Shown: piece by piece, positions 49,822 to 59,679 of the stretch
How positions within the stretch are numbered: the stretch's first letter is position 1
Layout of the letters: each line of letters opens with the position of its first letter
DNA from: a virus
Lineage: Duplodnaviria > Caudoviricetes
Strand: one strand, 5' to 3'
Virus record (IMG/VR): IMGVR_UViG_3300042504_001487
Coordinates: 1 to 62,499 of that record
Length of the DNA stretch: 62,499 bases
Position numbers and translations under genes: made by a program
Notes under the pieces: model-generated
Seen by the model: the letters and a program-made list of their open reading frames with translations, nothing else
The model's database searches: none
Told to the model about the DNA's origin: nothing

Positions 49822-52418
49822 GCGTCAGAAACATTGGATGAATTTTCAGACTTATGCAACAACATTTCAACGGGATTTTGACCTTCAAGGCGGTCGGTGC
49901 GTGCCCAAACGTATTGCCGCTCGCCTGCGAGCATGTGCCGTCCGGCTGGCGAGAAGCCCGCGTTGCGGAGAACGTGGGTGAGATACTTCGGAGTGACGTT
50001 CTGAATGCCCTCGGTGACGAGAGCAGCACGCAGCGCACCAAGGGCTACAGCGTTGGGTTGGATCAGGTTGCACTCGTCGTTGTCCCAGATCCTGTTCAGC
50101 ACGGCAGTCACGTCGTCGCTGGTGTCGGCGATCATTTCCTGCAAATAGGTCGTGATCGGTGCCGGACCTGACGGGCGGAACGTCGAACTGATTGTGCGGT
50201 TCTCGAACAGGTGACGGTAGCCGCCTGCGTGAGTGGTAAGCGAGTCGGCGAACCGGCTGAAATACTCCGGGTCTTTGTCCACGATGGCGCGAATCTGCTC
50301 CTTGTGCTGTAGCTTCGATTTCACTACCCACCAGCGGCGACTGTCTTCACCCACCACGATGGCGTCGTGATGGTTGGTGAAGGCCATGTAGTTCGTGCGG
50401 TTCTGGATGTTGCGCGTGTTCTTGTTGCGTTCGTTGACGGGCAAGTAGTCGTTGGTGATCGGCTCTTTCAGGGTGTTCATCAACTCGTGACGGTTCTGCC
50501 CGGCCACGCGGAGTTCTTCAATGCAAACGACTTGACTGCCGAAGGCCCAGTCGTTCCAGCCTTTCTTGATGGTGTCCGAGTTGATCAATCGCGTGTTGTC
50601 GAGTCCCAGAATGGCGCGGATGACGCCGAACAGGAGAGTCTTGCCGCAACCTTCCACCCCCTGCACAAGCAAGGCGTGGCGCACCTTTGAGCCGGGGAAT
50701 TGCGCGTGATAGGCGATCCAGTCGAGCAGGTGGGTGCGATAGGCTGGCTCGGTGATGATGTTGCAGAGTTGTTCGCAAAGCACGTCCTCGGCGTAATTCG
50801 CCAACGATTTGTCGGCTTCGCGGAAGCTGCGGCGGTACAGGTTCACGAACAGTTTGCCTTCTTCTCGCGTGATGATGTCTTCCGGGGCCGACGGGTTGTA
50901 GGTTACGTCGTCCACCGTCTGACACTTGAGGTGGTTGAGCAGGTAGAGCGATGGAAGCACCTTGGGCGTGTTGAGCGTTTGCTCATTGACGTCACGTCCG
51001 ATTGCTTGCAACTCGGCAGCCGTGGGTAGCAGCTTGCGAGCGAAGACGCTGTCGAAGGCCACCTTCTTGTATTCCTGCCGTGTGCGATGCCGCAAAAAGG
51101 TGTCGGTGGCGGCGATATAGACGAACCCCAGAGACCATGGTGGGTGGATCACCTCGGCGGACTCGCTGCGTTTGGCGATGAGCGATTCGCGGAGGCTCTT
51201 CAACTCACGCTTCACGTCCATGAGTGGCAATGGTTGCTGGTAGTCCTGCCGAGACTTCGTCACCAGCGTTTGCAGCAAAGCGCCCTCTTCGATGTGCGAG
51301 AGCAGCGGGGCGGCGGCGATACGGCGCACCCCTTCGTTCATGAGTTGGACTGCGGACTTGCACTCGAACATGATCCAGTTCGACACGGTTTTGAAACTGG
51401 ACTCTTTGACCTTATCGCTGTTCCAACCGCCCTCGACCGCACGCTTGAGCAGTGAACGAATGGTGACGGGCTTGCGGCCTTTGGCCTGTTCTTGGAAGGA
51501 CTTCCACACTGTCCCGGTGTCCTTCTCATCTTCGTACTTGGTGCCGGTGGCGCTCCAGGTGTCGAACAGGGTAAACGCTTCGTCGTCTTGCAGTGCGCCA
51601 AACTGATGCTTCAACGCTGCCGCGATCTCCAGCCAGAGAGGTCGTGAGCAGTCGGCGTCAATGAATGTCAGCGCCTCCTCGATTTGCGCCAAGTCCACGC
51701 CAGCGACGGGGAACTGGAAGAAGGTCAGGAAATCGTCGATGCTGCCGGACGATGGGCCACGGGTCGGTTTGCTGCCCGATACGATTCCCGGCAGCGAGTC
51801 CACGTCGGTAGAGATGTCGTCAGGCTTGCAGCTTCTGCCGCCGAAGTGCATCACCAACACGGGATGCTCCAACTCGGGGTCTTGATCCGCGAACACGGTC
51901 GGTCGGAACATCGGCTGGCATACAATCGCCGACTCGCGCGTGACCTTCGGCAGCCCCAGGAGTTGACCCACCGTCAGCGCGGCGTCGGGGTAACGCTCGA
52001 CCGGAATGTTGTCCGCTTCCACGATGACGCGGATGCGCGGGAACAAAGGCGTTGAAGAGATCGTCTGGTAGGCGGCAAAGTTGAACTTTCCCAACGCTTC
52101 GACCAGCAGGCCCGGATTCTCCACAAAACGCCTTGCGTCGTCGGCGTCGTCGATGTCGAGGATGATGAGGTTGCAAGGACGGGCGTTCTCGATCTTCCGG
52201 CCTTCCCAAGGGGAACGGTCGAACGTGCAAGGCACCACATACCCGACGAGCTTGGCGTTGGCTCGCTCCTTCTTGCTCATCGCATGGTACTCAGCATAGG
52301 TGACGCTGAGAGGCACCGGCAGATTGATGAACTGCTGAATGAAGTCCCGGAAAGTGTTGGCTGGCGATTTGACCAGCGTGTGACTGGTGACGCTCTTACC
52401 TGTGAAGTACTGGGGCAT
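49818..52418 (-). CDS. Primase-helicase (PriCT-2 plus SF3/D5-like ATPase)
   Basis: LDID, WLEIAAALK...FDTWS, GVEGCGKT, IEEL and FTNH motifs. Confidence 0.88.
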   Translation of the reverse strand: MPQYFTGKSVTSHTLVKSPANTFRDFIQQFINLPVPLSVTYAEYHAMSKKERANAKLVGYVVPCTFDRSPWEGRKIENARPCNLIILDIDDADDARRFVENPGLLVEALGKFNFAAYQTISSTPLFPRIRVIVEADNIPVERYPDAALTVGQLLGLPKVTRESAIVCQPMFRPTVFADQDPELEHPVLVMHFGGRSCKPDDISTDVDSLPGIVSGSKPTRGPSSGSIDDFLTFFQFPVAGVDLAQIEEALTFIDADCSRPLWLEIAAALKHQFGALQDDEAFTLFDTWSATGTKYEDEKDTGTVWKSFQEQAKGRKPVTIRSLLKRAVEGGWNSDKVKESSFKTVSNWIMFECKSAVQLMNEGVRRIAAAPLLSHIEEGALLQTLVTKSRQDYQQPLPLMDVKRELKSLRESLIAKRSESAEVIHPPWSLGFVYIAATDTFLRHRTRQEYKKVAFDSVFARKLLPTAAELQAIGRDVNEQTLNTPKVLPSLYLLNHLKCQTVDDVTYNPSAPEDIITREEGKLFVNLYRRSFREADKSLANYAEDVLCEQLCNIITEPAYRTHLLDWIAYHAQFPGSKVRHALLVQGVEGCGKTLLFGVIRAILGLDNTRLINSDTIKKGWNDWAFGSQVVCIEELRVAGQNRHELMNTLKEPITNDYLPVNERNKNTRNIQNRTNYMAFTNHHDAIVVGEDSRRWWVVKSKLQHKEQIRAIVDKDPEYFSRFADSLTTHAGGYRHLFENRTISSTFRPSGPAPITTYLQEMIADTSDDVTAVLNRIWDNDECNLIQPNAVALGALRAALVTEGIQNVTPKYLTHVLRNAGFSPAGRHMLAGERQYVWARTDRLEGQNPVEMLLHKSENSSNVSDA

Positions 52419-52424
52419 GGTCGT

Positions 52425-52829
52425 CTATTCTTCGGCCCAAAGTTCTAAAGTTTTGAGGAATGCTTCTGCGCGTTGCGCTGCTGTGGCATGGAGTATGGGG
52501 AAGCAGGCGTCGTTACTTAATGGCTTCCAGCCGTTCCCGTTATCGTTGCCTGTGATGCGTCCTAGTTCTGAAGCATAGAAGAATCTCTGCGAGTAAGCGG
52601 CATCGTCAGGAAGCAGCATCTCCTCTACTTTCCGCATCTCGTTGAGGTCGTTGAGGTAGTCTGGCAATGGGTCTAGCGGGAAGCACTCCAATTCGTCCAC
52701 GGGGCAAGCGTTCACGCGGTCTGAGTAAGGCTCAGTTCTCCACGGTGCATACCCAACAAGGAACTGTTCAGAGATTCCCTTCCACCCGCAAGCCTCGGCA
52801 ATCGCAATTCTCTGTTTCTCGGGTGTCAT
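52425..52829 (-). CDS. Conserved hypothetical phage protein
   Basis: IAEACGW...LPDYLNDLN...HATAAQRAEAFL. Confidence 0.7.
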   Translation of the reverse strand: MTPEKQRIAIAEACGWKGISEQFLVGYAPWRTEPYSDRVNACPVDELECFPLDPLPDYLNDLNEMRKVEEMLLPDDAAYSQRFFYASELGRITGNDNGNGWKPLSNDACFPILHATAAQRAEAFLKTLELWAEE

Positions 52830-53029
52830 AAATTCAAGTCGCTGATGTTGATCTTCAAAGCCTTGCAGAGTTTCTGCAACGTGGACAACTGAATGCCCCC
52901 ACGCCCGTTCTCGGCATTCCAGATGGTGCCCACAGCCACGCCGGACTTATCTGACAGGTCGGTGATGGTGAGTCCTGTGGACCGGCGCACACGTTGAAGA
53001 TGTTCGCCGGGGGTTTTGGGTTTGCTCAT
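52826..53029 (-). CDS. XRE-family HTH regulator
   Basis: LQRVRRSTGLTITDLSDKSGVAVGTIWNAENG. Confidence 0.88.
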   Translation of the reverse strand: MSKPKTPGEHLQRVRRSTGLTITDLSDKSGVAVGTIWNAENGRGGIQLSTLQKLCKALKINISDLNL

Positions 53030-53066
53030 TTGAATTTCACTATACTGAAACGATGCGGCACGAAGG

Positions 53067-54281
53067 TCAACCCCAAAAGTCGTCAGAGGGTTTTTTGCTC
53101 TCCGGTGCCTTCACACGCTTCGGAAAATAGGCGTACATCGTGTGCCGGGCGGCGTTGACGCGAGTGGCGAGCACCACGTCCACGAAGGCGACCGAGTGGG
53201 TTGCCGTCACCTCTTCCACGAACTTCATCGCGTGTTCCAACGGGATAAACAGCTTCGGCACGCTGTCCTCCAGCACGTCCTCGGCGTAGTCGGTCAACGT
53301 GCCAAGCTGTGACGCTTTGCGAGCGGTTGCGGCCTCGTCGAGGAACAGGGAGAAGCCGTTGCTCTCGTGCAGCATGCGCAGGGTAGCGCGGGGGGCGGCG
53401 GCTCGCATGGCGGCGAGCTTGTCGGTGAATATGGATTTGAAAAAGGTCATGGCTTGGCGGCATGAGTTTGATTCCTTCGTTGATGTTTTCTCTCCCCCGC
53501 TCTGTGCCAGAGCAGGGACGTTCGCTGAATGAATCCGCATCGCAGCGTCTTCGTGGTGTCGCGGTGAGATTTCCGCACCGATGAAGGCACGGCCTGTTCG
53601 TTTTGCTGCCACTCCTACTGTCCCGCTTCCGGCGAATGGGTCGCAGACAGTTTCCCCTGGCGCGGAGTAGAGCCGGACGGCCTTTTCCGCCAGCGAGGAC
53701 GGGAATGGGCATGGGTGATTCACTCGCTCCGGTTGGATGCACCACAGTCCGATTGTCTCTTTTGCCCACCGCTCCACAGTCCAGTCAGGCTTTGCCTTTG
53801 GTTGTCCGGGTTTCAGGAATACCAGCACCGGCTCATACGGGTTTCGGATGCTTGGCGTGTGCGGGTGGTTCATCGCGTAGCCGCCAGCGTGCGCGTTCTC
53901 CGCTGTCGTCCCCTTGGCCCACATGATTTCATCCCTGAACTCCCATCCAGCCGCCGTGATTGCTTCGCGGTATTTGTCGGGGCGGTATTTCTTTGGACGC
54001 TTCCCCCACCACAGCGGGACGTTCCATAGCGCATACGCTCCAGCGCGGCATTCGTCCCACGTCAGCGCGGCCACGTCACGAATCATGCTCCAGTATTCAT
54101 CCTCCGGCACATCGTCCAGATACCCGTCATAGGGCTTCTTTGCGTTGTAGGGAGGCGAGGTTAGCACCATGTCCCAAGGGCCAGTTCCACGCAGCACTTC
54201 ACGACAATCGCCAAGAATCAGCGAACAATCGGATGCAGAGAACCGCGCCATCGCGTCTGTTTCGATTTCGAGAGTTTTCAT
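53067..54281 (-). CDS. Beta-class N4/N6 DNA methyltransferase, in frame with a downstream ORF (ATG 53450) ending SDDFWG
   Basis: TSPPYN, HPCPFP and DPFAGSGT motifs. Confidence 0.88.
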   Translation of the reverse strand: MKTLEIETDAMARFSASDCSLILGDCREVLRGTGPWDMVLTSPPYNAKKPYDGYLDDVPEDEYWSMIRDVAALTWDECRAGAYALWNVPLWWGKRPKKYRPDKYREAITAAGWEFRDEIMWAKGTTAENAHAGGYAMNHPHTPSIRNPYEPVLVFLKPGQPKAKPDWTVERWAKETIGLWCIQPERVNHPCPFPSSLAEKAVRLYSAPGETVCDPFAGSGTVGVAAKRTGRAFIGAEISPRHHEDAAMRIHSANVPALAQSGGEKTSTKESNSCRQAMTFFKSIFTDKLAAMRAAAPRATLRMLHESNGFSLFLDEAATARKASQLGTLTDYAEDVLEDSVPKLFIPLEHAMKFVEEVTATHSVAFVDVVLATRVNAARHTMYAYFPKRVKAPESKKPSDDFWG

Positions 54282-54311
54282 AGGCGCGGTCTCTGATCCG
54301 AAGCGTTATGC
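54220..54311 (+). mobile_element. attC-like integron recombination site
   Basis: R'' AGCGAAC, arm TCGGATGCAGAGAACCGCGCC, loop, arm GGCGCGGTCTCTGATCCGA, R' GTTATGC; two extrahelical bases. Confidence 0.8.
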
Positions 54312-54646
54312 GGAGAAACCATCTCGCGGAGCTTGTTGGCCGTTTGACGGGCATCCTCGATCACACGGCGCATGGCCTCAGCGTTATCACTGCTTCCGAC
54401 GATGTCCGCGATTCCGCCCGTCACGCATTTGGCGCAGAACCCAGAACCCCGCCCACATCCGTCGCACTCCGGACTGAGGCAAGGCCCGAACGTGCTCGGC
54501 CATTCCGGATAATTCCGCCAGAGGTCGTACAAGGCCATCTCCAGCATTCGCTCGCGGTTGCCACCGCACTTCCAAGAATAGGAGCGCATAACAGCCGACA
54601 TTTCGCTTTCCAGTTTTTCATTCATGGTCGTTTGATCTTGGGTCAA
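54278..54646 (-). CDS. Cys-rich hypothetical protein (putative second cassette)
   Basis: CLSPEC...CAKC; ends inside the attC-like site. Confidence 0.6.
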   Translation of the reverse strand: MTQDQTTMNEKLESEMSAVMRSYSWKCGGNRERMLEMALYDLWRNYPEWPSTFGPCLSPECDGCGRGSGFCAKCVTGGIADIVGSSDNAEAMRRVIEDARQTANKLREMVSPHNASDQRPRL

Positions 54647-54963
54647 CCCCAGAACTCTTTATCGTCTGAGGTGGCATCGGCTTGCTTGAGCTTCTCACGC
54701 AGCAGGCGCATACGGTAGGCGATCCATTGCGGATGAGCGTTCTGCTTTTGCGCGTTCCATGCGGCGGTTTTGCTGAGGTCGATTTTGCTGTCGAGGATTC
54801 GCGGCAAGCTGCCGCTGCCGGGTTTGCGCGGAGCCTTGGGCTTGCCTTTCTCGGCGCGGTGACGCAGCACGGTGTTTGGGTGGCAACCGACGATCTTGGC
54901 AATCTCTTCGTTGCGCATAGTTTTCCATGAAATGGTTTTCGGGTACTTGATGGGTTCTGACAT
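54643..54963 (-). CDS. HTH DNA-binding protein; ends DKEFWG
   Basis: NEEIAKIVGCHPNTVLRHR. Confidence 0.7.
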   Translation of the reverse strand: MSEPIKYPKTISWKTMRNEEIAKIVGCHPNTVLRHRAEKGKPKAPRKPGSGSLPRILDSKIDLSKTAAWNAQKQNAHPQWIAYRMRLLREKLKQADATSDDKEFWG

Positions 54964-55368
54964 ACGACTTTAGCATGGTTAAACTTTAGCCGTTTGCAAG
55001 TCGTTCCTGACGAACTGGACATCGGTGTCCGGCTCAGTGATGTGGTTGCGTTTGAGAGTGGCGAACTTTAGCCGCCAGTGTTGGCGGTTATCGGTTACAC
55101 GGTCAACGGGTCGGATCAGGCGGGTTTGTGGTCTGGTTTTCATGGTTTAGATTGGCAAGCCGTTGGAATCACATTCGCACACGCTCAGCAGGGTTGAGCC
55201 TGGACGGTCCCAGGCTTGCCGAACGTGCGCGGCGGAGATGCCGGGCAGGGTGATTGTGTATGTTTTGCCGCTGATGCGGTAGGAGATGAGGAAACGGGCT
55301 TTCATGGGTTTGGCTGGCTTGTGCCATCCGTGCCGACCACCGCTTTGCAGCGATGGCCGGGCCGGGTG

Positions 55369-55788
55369 TCACTGAATTTCCTGCAACTGCTTCAGTTCTT
55401 CCGCCGTGAAGAAGGCGCGGAGTCGTTTAGCGAAGGCGGAGCAGCGGCGGAACGTCTGCAACGCTTTGATGCTGTCCGAGTCGTACCCGTATTCTGCGCA
55501 GAAGTCTTCAAAGGTCTCAGGCGTGTACGCATCGCCATTCACGCAAGCGAGCACGTCATACGGGCAAACGGTTTTGATGCCTTTCTGCGCGTCTGCGATG
55601 CTTGACCAGAAGTCGAAGGTCAAGCGTTTGGCGGGCTTGCTGAGCGTCACGCGGTAGTGGTGGCCGTGTTTGCCATCGCTACCCCATGCAGGTGATTTGG
55701 TGTCGCTGAGTGTGGCGCGGAACTTGATCCCGTTGGAGGTCAAGAACTGCTCGGCTTGGATGCCGTATTCGTTGGATGTCGTTTTCAT
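55369..55788 (-). CDS. Conserved early phage protein
   Basis: TFEDFCAEYGYDSDS motif; upstream TTGACA-N17-TAATAT. Confidence 0.7.
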   Translation of the reverse strand: MKTTSNEYGIQAEQFLTSNGIKFRATLSDTKSPAWGSDGKHGHHYRVTLSKPAKRLTFDFWSSIADAQKGIKTVCPYDVLACVNGDAYTPETFEDFCAEYGYDSDSIKALQTFRRCSAFAKRLRAFFTAEELKQLQEIQ

Positions 55789-55927
55789 GTTTTTGCTTTT
55801 GACGTTTTGCGGGTGTCTCCCCCGTTGGTTTGTCAGCGTTTGCCGCTGGAAATTGATATTAGGGTTGAATGTTCACAGTGTCAATGGGTCTATTCAAGCC
55901 ATTAACCCGTCGCAGGCGGGCGGGGCA

Positions 55928-56650
55928 TCACTCATCATCCCAAGGTTTGATTTCCCAATCCCCGATGCGCAAAGCGGTTTTTTTGAGGCTTTGCGCGTGG
56001 TCTTCAAACGCCTCTTGCACCTCTTTGGGTATCTTGAGCACCGGGTCTGGGTTCTGCCCTTGGTCTGGCTTAGATGTAAGCCAGCCGTTGCCCTCCTCTT
56101 CGTGCATGGGGTCGGACTGCCAGCCCCAGAAGTGGTACTCGTCTCCTGGTGGGGTTTTTGCGCCCCACTGTGAGACGTTCACAAGGTAGATGTCGAGGCA
56201 CTGCGCCTGCTTCCGCGCATAGCGTTTCCGCGTTTCACGGGGGTACACGTTGGGGCTGCGAAGGTAGTCAGGGATTTCTGTGCTGTAATGCAGCACAGAG
56301 TAACCGGCGTACTCGCGGTTCTCTTTCTGGTTTTCTTCCGCTTCTGACCATGCGCGGGAGATTGCCTCACGCACTTGCTCAAGGTCAACGGGAAATTCCC
56401 CAAAGACCTGAGAGCTTCCGCCACCTTCCGTGTCGAAGTCGTCACTCACCGACACTTCCACGAACACTTGCTTACCATCCTCCGAACTGATGCGGGCGGA
56501 GGCAATCTCCTTTTTGCTCCCGTACCACCCGGTGTCGAATGGTTTGCCCGATTTAAGCGCGGTGCGGAGGGCTTTTTCCTTGTCGGGGTACCAATCGGAT
56601 AGACCACAGTGCGCCCCGTCTCCTGAACTGAATGCTTTGAGTGTTTTCAT
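55928..56650 (-). CDS. Hypothetical early protein
   Basis: ORF after AAAACCG repeats; alternative start 56671. Confidence 0.65.
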   Translation of the reverse strand: MKTLKAFSSGDGAHCGLSDWYPDKEKALRTALKSGKPFDTGWYGSKKEIASARISSEDGKQVFVEVSVSDDFDTEGGGSSQVFGEFPVDLEQVREAISRAWSEAEENQKENREYAGYSVLHYSTEIPDYLRSPNVYPRETRKRYARKQAQCLDIYLVNVSQWGAKTPPGDEYHFWGWQSDPMHEEEGNGWLTSKPDQGQNPDPVLKIPKEVQEAFEDHAQSLKKTALRIGDWEIKPWDDE

Positions 56651-56672
56651 ATCTGTTTTCTGTCTTTTCATA

Positions 56673-56717
<45 letters not shown>

Positions 56718-56773
56718 TCCCGCCGTGTGGCGTTCAATGCTGCCGCCCGGATGAGGGGCGGCAGGGTTGAGCG

Positions 56774-57016
56774 TCAAATCAGGTTCACTTTGCGATTATC
56801 TTTCACCTCGTGCTCAGTCAGAAGGAATCCGTAGTTTTCTTTCCACGATCTCGCTTTTTCGTCCATACCTCGCCAGCCTTTGCACCAGTACTGCTTCGCG
56901 CCGTCACTACGTGGCGGCAAGTTCTTGGCAAGGGTGACGGTGGTTCCTGCTGGAATGACGGCGATTCTGCCGGGATAAGGGGCGGCAAAGTATGTGATGG
57001 GGGCGGCTGTTTTCAT
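56774..57016 (-). CDS. Hypothetical early protein
   Basis: Short ORF with A-rich leader. Confidence 0.6.
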   Translation of the reverse strand: MKTAAPITYFAAPYPGRIAVIPAGTTVTLAKNLPPRSDGAKQYWCKGWRGMDEKARSWKENYGFLLTEHEVKDNRKVNLI

Positions 57017-57031
57017 GTCGATGGTTTCGGT

Positions 57032-57322
57032 TTATTGTTCGTCGTCTGGTCCAAGGATTAGAATCACTGTGGACTCAGTGGCACATGCCAGCCCAAAGGC
57101 GGGGTTGCGGTTGAACTCGTCTGTGACGTCGTTCCCGTCGTCGTCCTTTTCCGTTGAATAGACGACGTGCCCGCCAAGCTCCGCCGCTTTGTCCTGCCAC
57201 TGTTTGCACCAGCGGTTCACCTGTTCTATTTCTTCATCCTCAAGGCCGGAGTCGTCTCCATAGTAAATGGAGCACAAGGCCCATGTCGGGACGTCGTCCT
57301 GATATTCTGCAAGTGTCTTCAT
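57032..57322 (-). CDS. Acidic hypothetical early protein
   Basis: PTWALCSIYYGDDSGLEDEE motif. Confidence 0.65.
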   Translation of the reverse strand: MKTLAEYQDDVPTWALCSIYYGDDSGLEDEEIEQVNRWCKQWQDKAAELGGHVVYSTEKDDDGNDVTDEFNRNPAFGLACATESTVILILGPDDEQ

Positions 57323-57349
57323 GTCGATTTTGATTCGGTGGTTTTGGGT

Positions 57350-57700
57350 TCAGTAGCGAGGGGTCCAGTTCCCCAGGGCTTCTACGGCCTCCTGCGCTCG
57401 CTTTGCAATCTGCCGCCCGTAGTTCCTGGCGCTCTCGATTGTCTCGCTTGCCTGCTTAGCTAGCTTGTCGGCATCCCTTTGGGCGCTTGCTCTCGTTTCT
57501 GCCGCGTCCTGCTTTGCCGAGGCTAGAATCTGCATCGCCTGCTTTCTCGCCTCGCTAGGGGTTGCCGTAGGGTAGATGTCATTACGAATGTCCTGCGTGA
57601 TGTCGGGGAGCGCGTATTCAAGCCAGGGGCGCAAATAGGAGTCCTGTGGCAGGGATTGAATGAATGCGTTCAGCGTTTCGATTTCTTGATTTTTTGTCAT
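57350..57700 (-). CDS. Coiled-coil hypothetical protein
   Basis: A/Q-rich heptads; AAAACCGAT leader. Confidence 0.6.
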   Translation of the reverse strand: MTKNQEIETLNAFIQSLPQDSYLRPWLEYALPDITQDIRNDIYPTATPSEARKQAMQILASAKQDAAETRASAQRDADKLAKQASETIESARNYGRQIAKRAQEAVEALGNWTPRY

Positions 57701-57750
57701 ATCGGTTTTGTTTTCGCGTGATGGATGCGCGACCCCCTTTTCTGGTGAGG

Positions 57751-57963
57751 TTATGCGACAAGGGTAAAAAGCCCTTTTATCTGCCGGGTTATCCAAGGGC
57801 CACCAGTGTGTTTTTGGATGGCTTGGAATACCACCGTCTCACCGTAGGATGCTTTGACTGTTTCGCTATCTTCGAGGATAGCCAGTTCAGGGAAAGCGCG
57901 GAGCGCGCGAACTTTGGCGCGAACGTGCTGGCTGGTTTCGAGTGCTGACGTGTATTTACTCAT
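57751..57963 (-). CDS. Hypothetical protein
   Basis: ORF after repeat leader. Confidence 0.55.
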   Translation of the reverse strand: MSKYTSALETSQHVRAKVRALRAFPELAILEDSETVKASYGETVVFQAIQKHTGGPWITRQIKGLFTLVA

Positions 57964-58000
57964 ACGGTTTTGGTTTTCGGTTTTCGGTTTTGGTTTTGGA

Positions 58001-58323
<323 letters not shown>

Positions 58324-58466
58324 GGTTAATGCCACAGCATAATCGCGACGGCAAAAAGGGTTACGGTTCCAAGTATCCATGCGCCAAACATGGCGACCAT
58401 TGCGGCGGGTGTTTCGTGCGGGTCCATACGTTTATATAGGTTAAATCTAAACAGTGTCAACCGGGT

Positions 58467-58619
58467 TTATCGGTTCTCATTTTGCCACCATGGGCGAGCG
58501 GCTTGCAGCTTCTTATCTTCCCTTGTTTTGCGCTCTTGGGTCTCTCGGCTCTCGTGTTCGGCGCGGAGCTTGTCGAGGGTTGCCAAGAGGCGTTCCAGCT
58601 TATCGGGGGGCGTGTTCAT
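58467..58619 (-). CDS. 50-aa helical protein (not in ORF track)
   Basis: MNTPPDKLERLL...PWWQNENR. Confidence 0.45.
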   Translation of the reverse strand: MNTPPDKLERLLATLDKLRAEHESRETQERKTREDKKLQAARPWWQNENR

Positions 58620-58694
58620 GGGCGGCGGGGCTTTTATTGGTCTCTTCAGCTAGCGCGTCACGCTAGAACGCCTTTCGGCGTTTCGACCTTGGGT

Positions 58695-59591
58695 TTATGC
58701 CGGGTATTTCTTGTACCATGGGTCATGTGGCCATGTGTCTATCTCCTCCATGATCTCGCGCTCCACGGGCCGGAACTCGGGGAACGAGTCGCGACTGCTG
58801 CGACTGCTGCGACTGCTGCGACTGCTGCGGCTCCATACGTGTTTTGCAGGCCGGAACTTGTAAACGCTGGTACACGTGGCGCAGATGTCCAGCATGAGAG
58901 CGCAGACCCGTTCCAAGTCGGCCAACACGATGTACTCACACGCCTGATGCGGGTTGTAGTACCCCGCTGACATGTTCGCGACTGACACGCCGACGCCATT
59001 GTCACGCAACGCTAGGACATCCGTCATCGCTCCGCCGCATGGCTTGTACTCATAGCGAGCGAGCAAAGGAGCGACGGCAGCAGCAAAGCGGGAACTTGCC
59101 AAGGGGCCGCAGATGTCGTTCACAAAGTCGGCGTTGCCTCGCCTATCAGCTTGCAAGACGAAGCGGCAGTCCTCGAAAAAGGACATGTCAGCAGCTTCAC
59201 TGCCGATACAGCCGACTTCCTCGTCCACGAAGAAGGCCGCTTTGCATGCTGGCAGATTAGCAAGGCAGTGGAGCGCGGCATAAATGCCGCATTTATCGTC
59301 ACCGCCTATTCCAGTCTGTTCCATCGTGACGGGGTTCAGCCCGGTCAATTTGCCGTCCAGCTCGATGAGGGCGATGCCGTCCCCGCTAATATCGTGGACG
59401 GTGTCCATGTGCGAAGCGATGCAAGGGAACGTCTGCGCATCGCCTTTGGTGACGTACAGATTGCCGGGAGCGTCACTGGTAACCAAGTAGCCGGACTGCT
59501 CACAATGTGATCGGATAAGCTCCGCCATGTCGCGCTGGTTGCCGGACTCGGATTCTGTCTGAAGGATGCTGTAGAGAAGATTTAAGTTCAT
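58695..59591 (-). CDS. M20/M28-clan Zn peptidase
   Basis: SHMDTVH, GGDDKCG, DEEVG, QADRRG and GYYNPH motifs. Confidence 0.85.
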   Translation of the reverse strand: MNLNLLYSILQTESESGNQRDMAELIRSHCEQSGYLVTSDAPGNLYVTKGDAQTFPCIASHMDTVHDISGDGIALIELDGKLTGLNPVTMEQTGIGGDDKCGIYAALHCLANLPACKAAFFVDEEVGCIGSEAADMSFFEDCRFVLQADRRGNADFVNDICGPLASSRFAAAVAPLLARYEYKPCGGAMTDVLALRDNGVGVSVANMSAGYYNPHQACEYIVLADLERVCALMLDICATCTSVYKFRPAKHVWSRSSRSSRSSRSSRDSFPEFRPVEREIMEEIDTWPHDPWYKKYPA

Positions 59592-59670
59592 GGGTTGTCG
59601 GGGTTGTCGGGGTTGTCGGGGTTGTCGGGTTGTCGGGTTGTCGGGTTGTCGGGTTGTCGGGTTGTCGGGG
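59592..59670. repeat. GGGTTGTC(G) tandem array filling the intergenic space
   Basis: About 9 copies of 8/9-mer units. Confidence 0.95.
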
Positions 59671-59679
59671 TCGTCGGAG

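Noticed and set aside
52826-53029. Lysogeny module
   Set aside because: An XRE regulator alone; no integrase or partition genes seen
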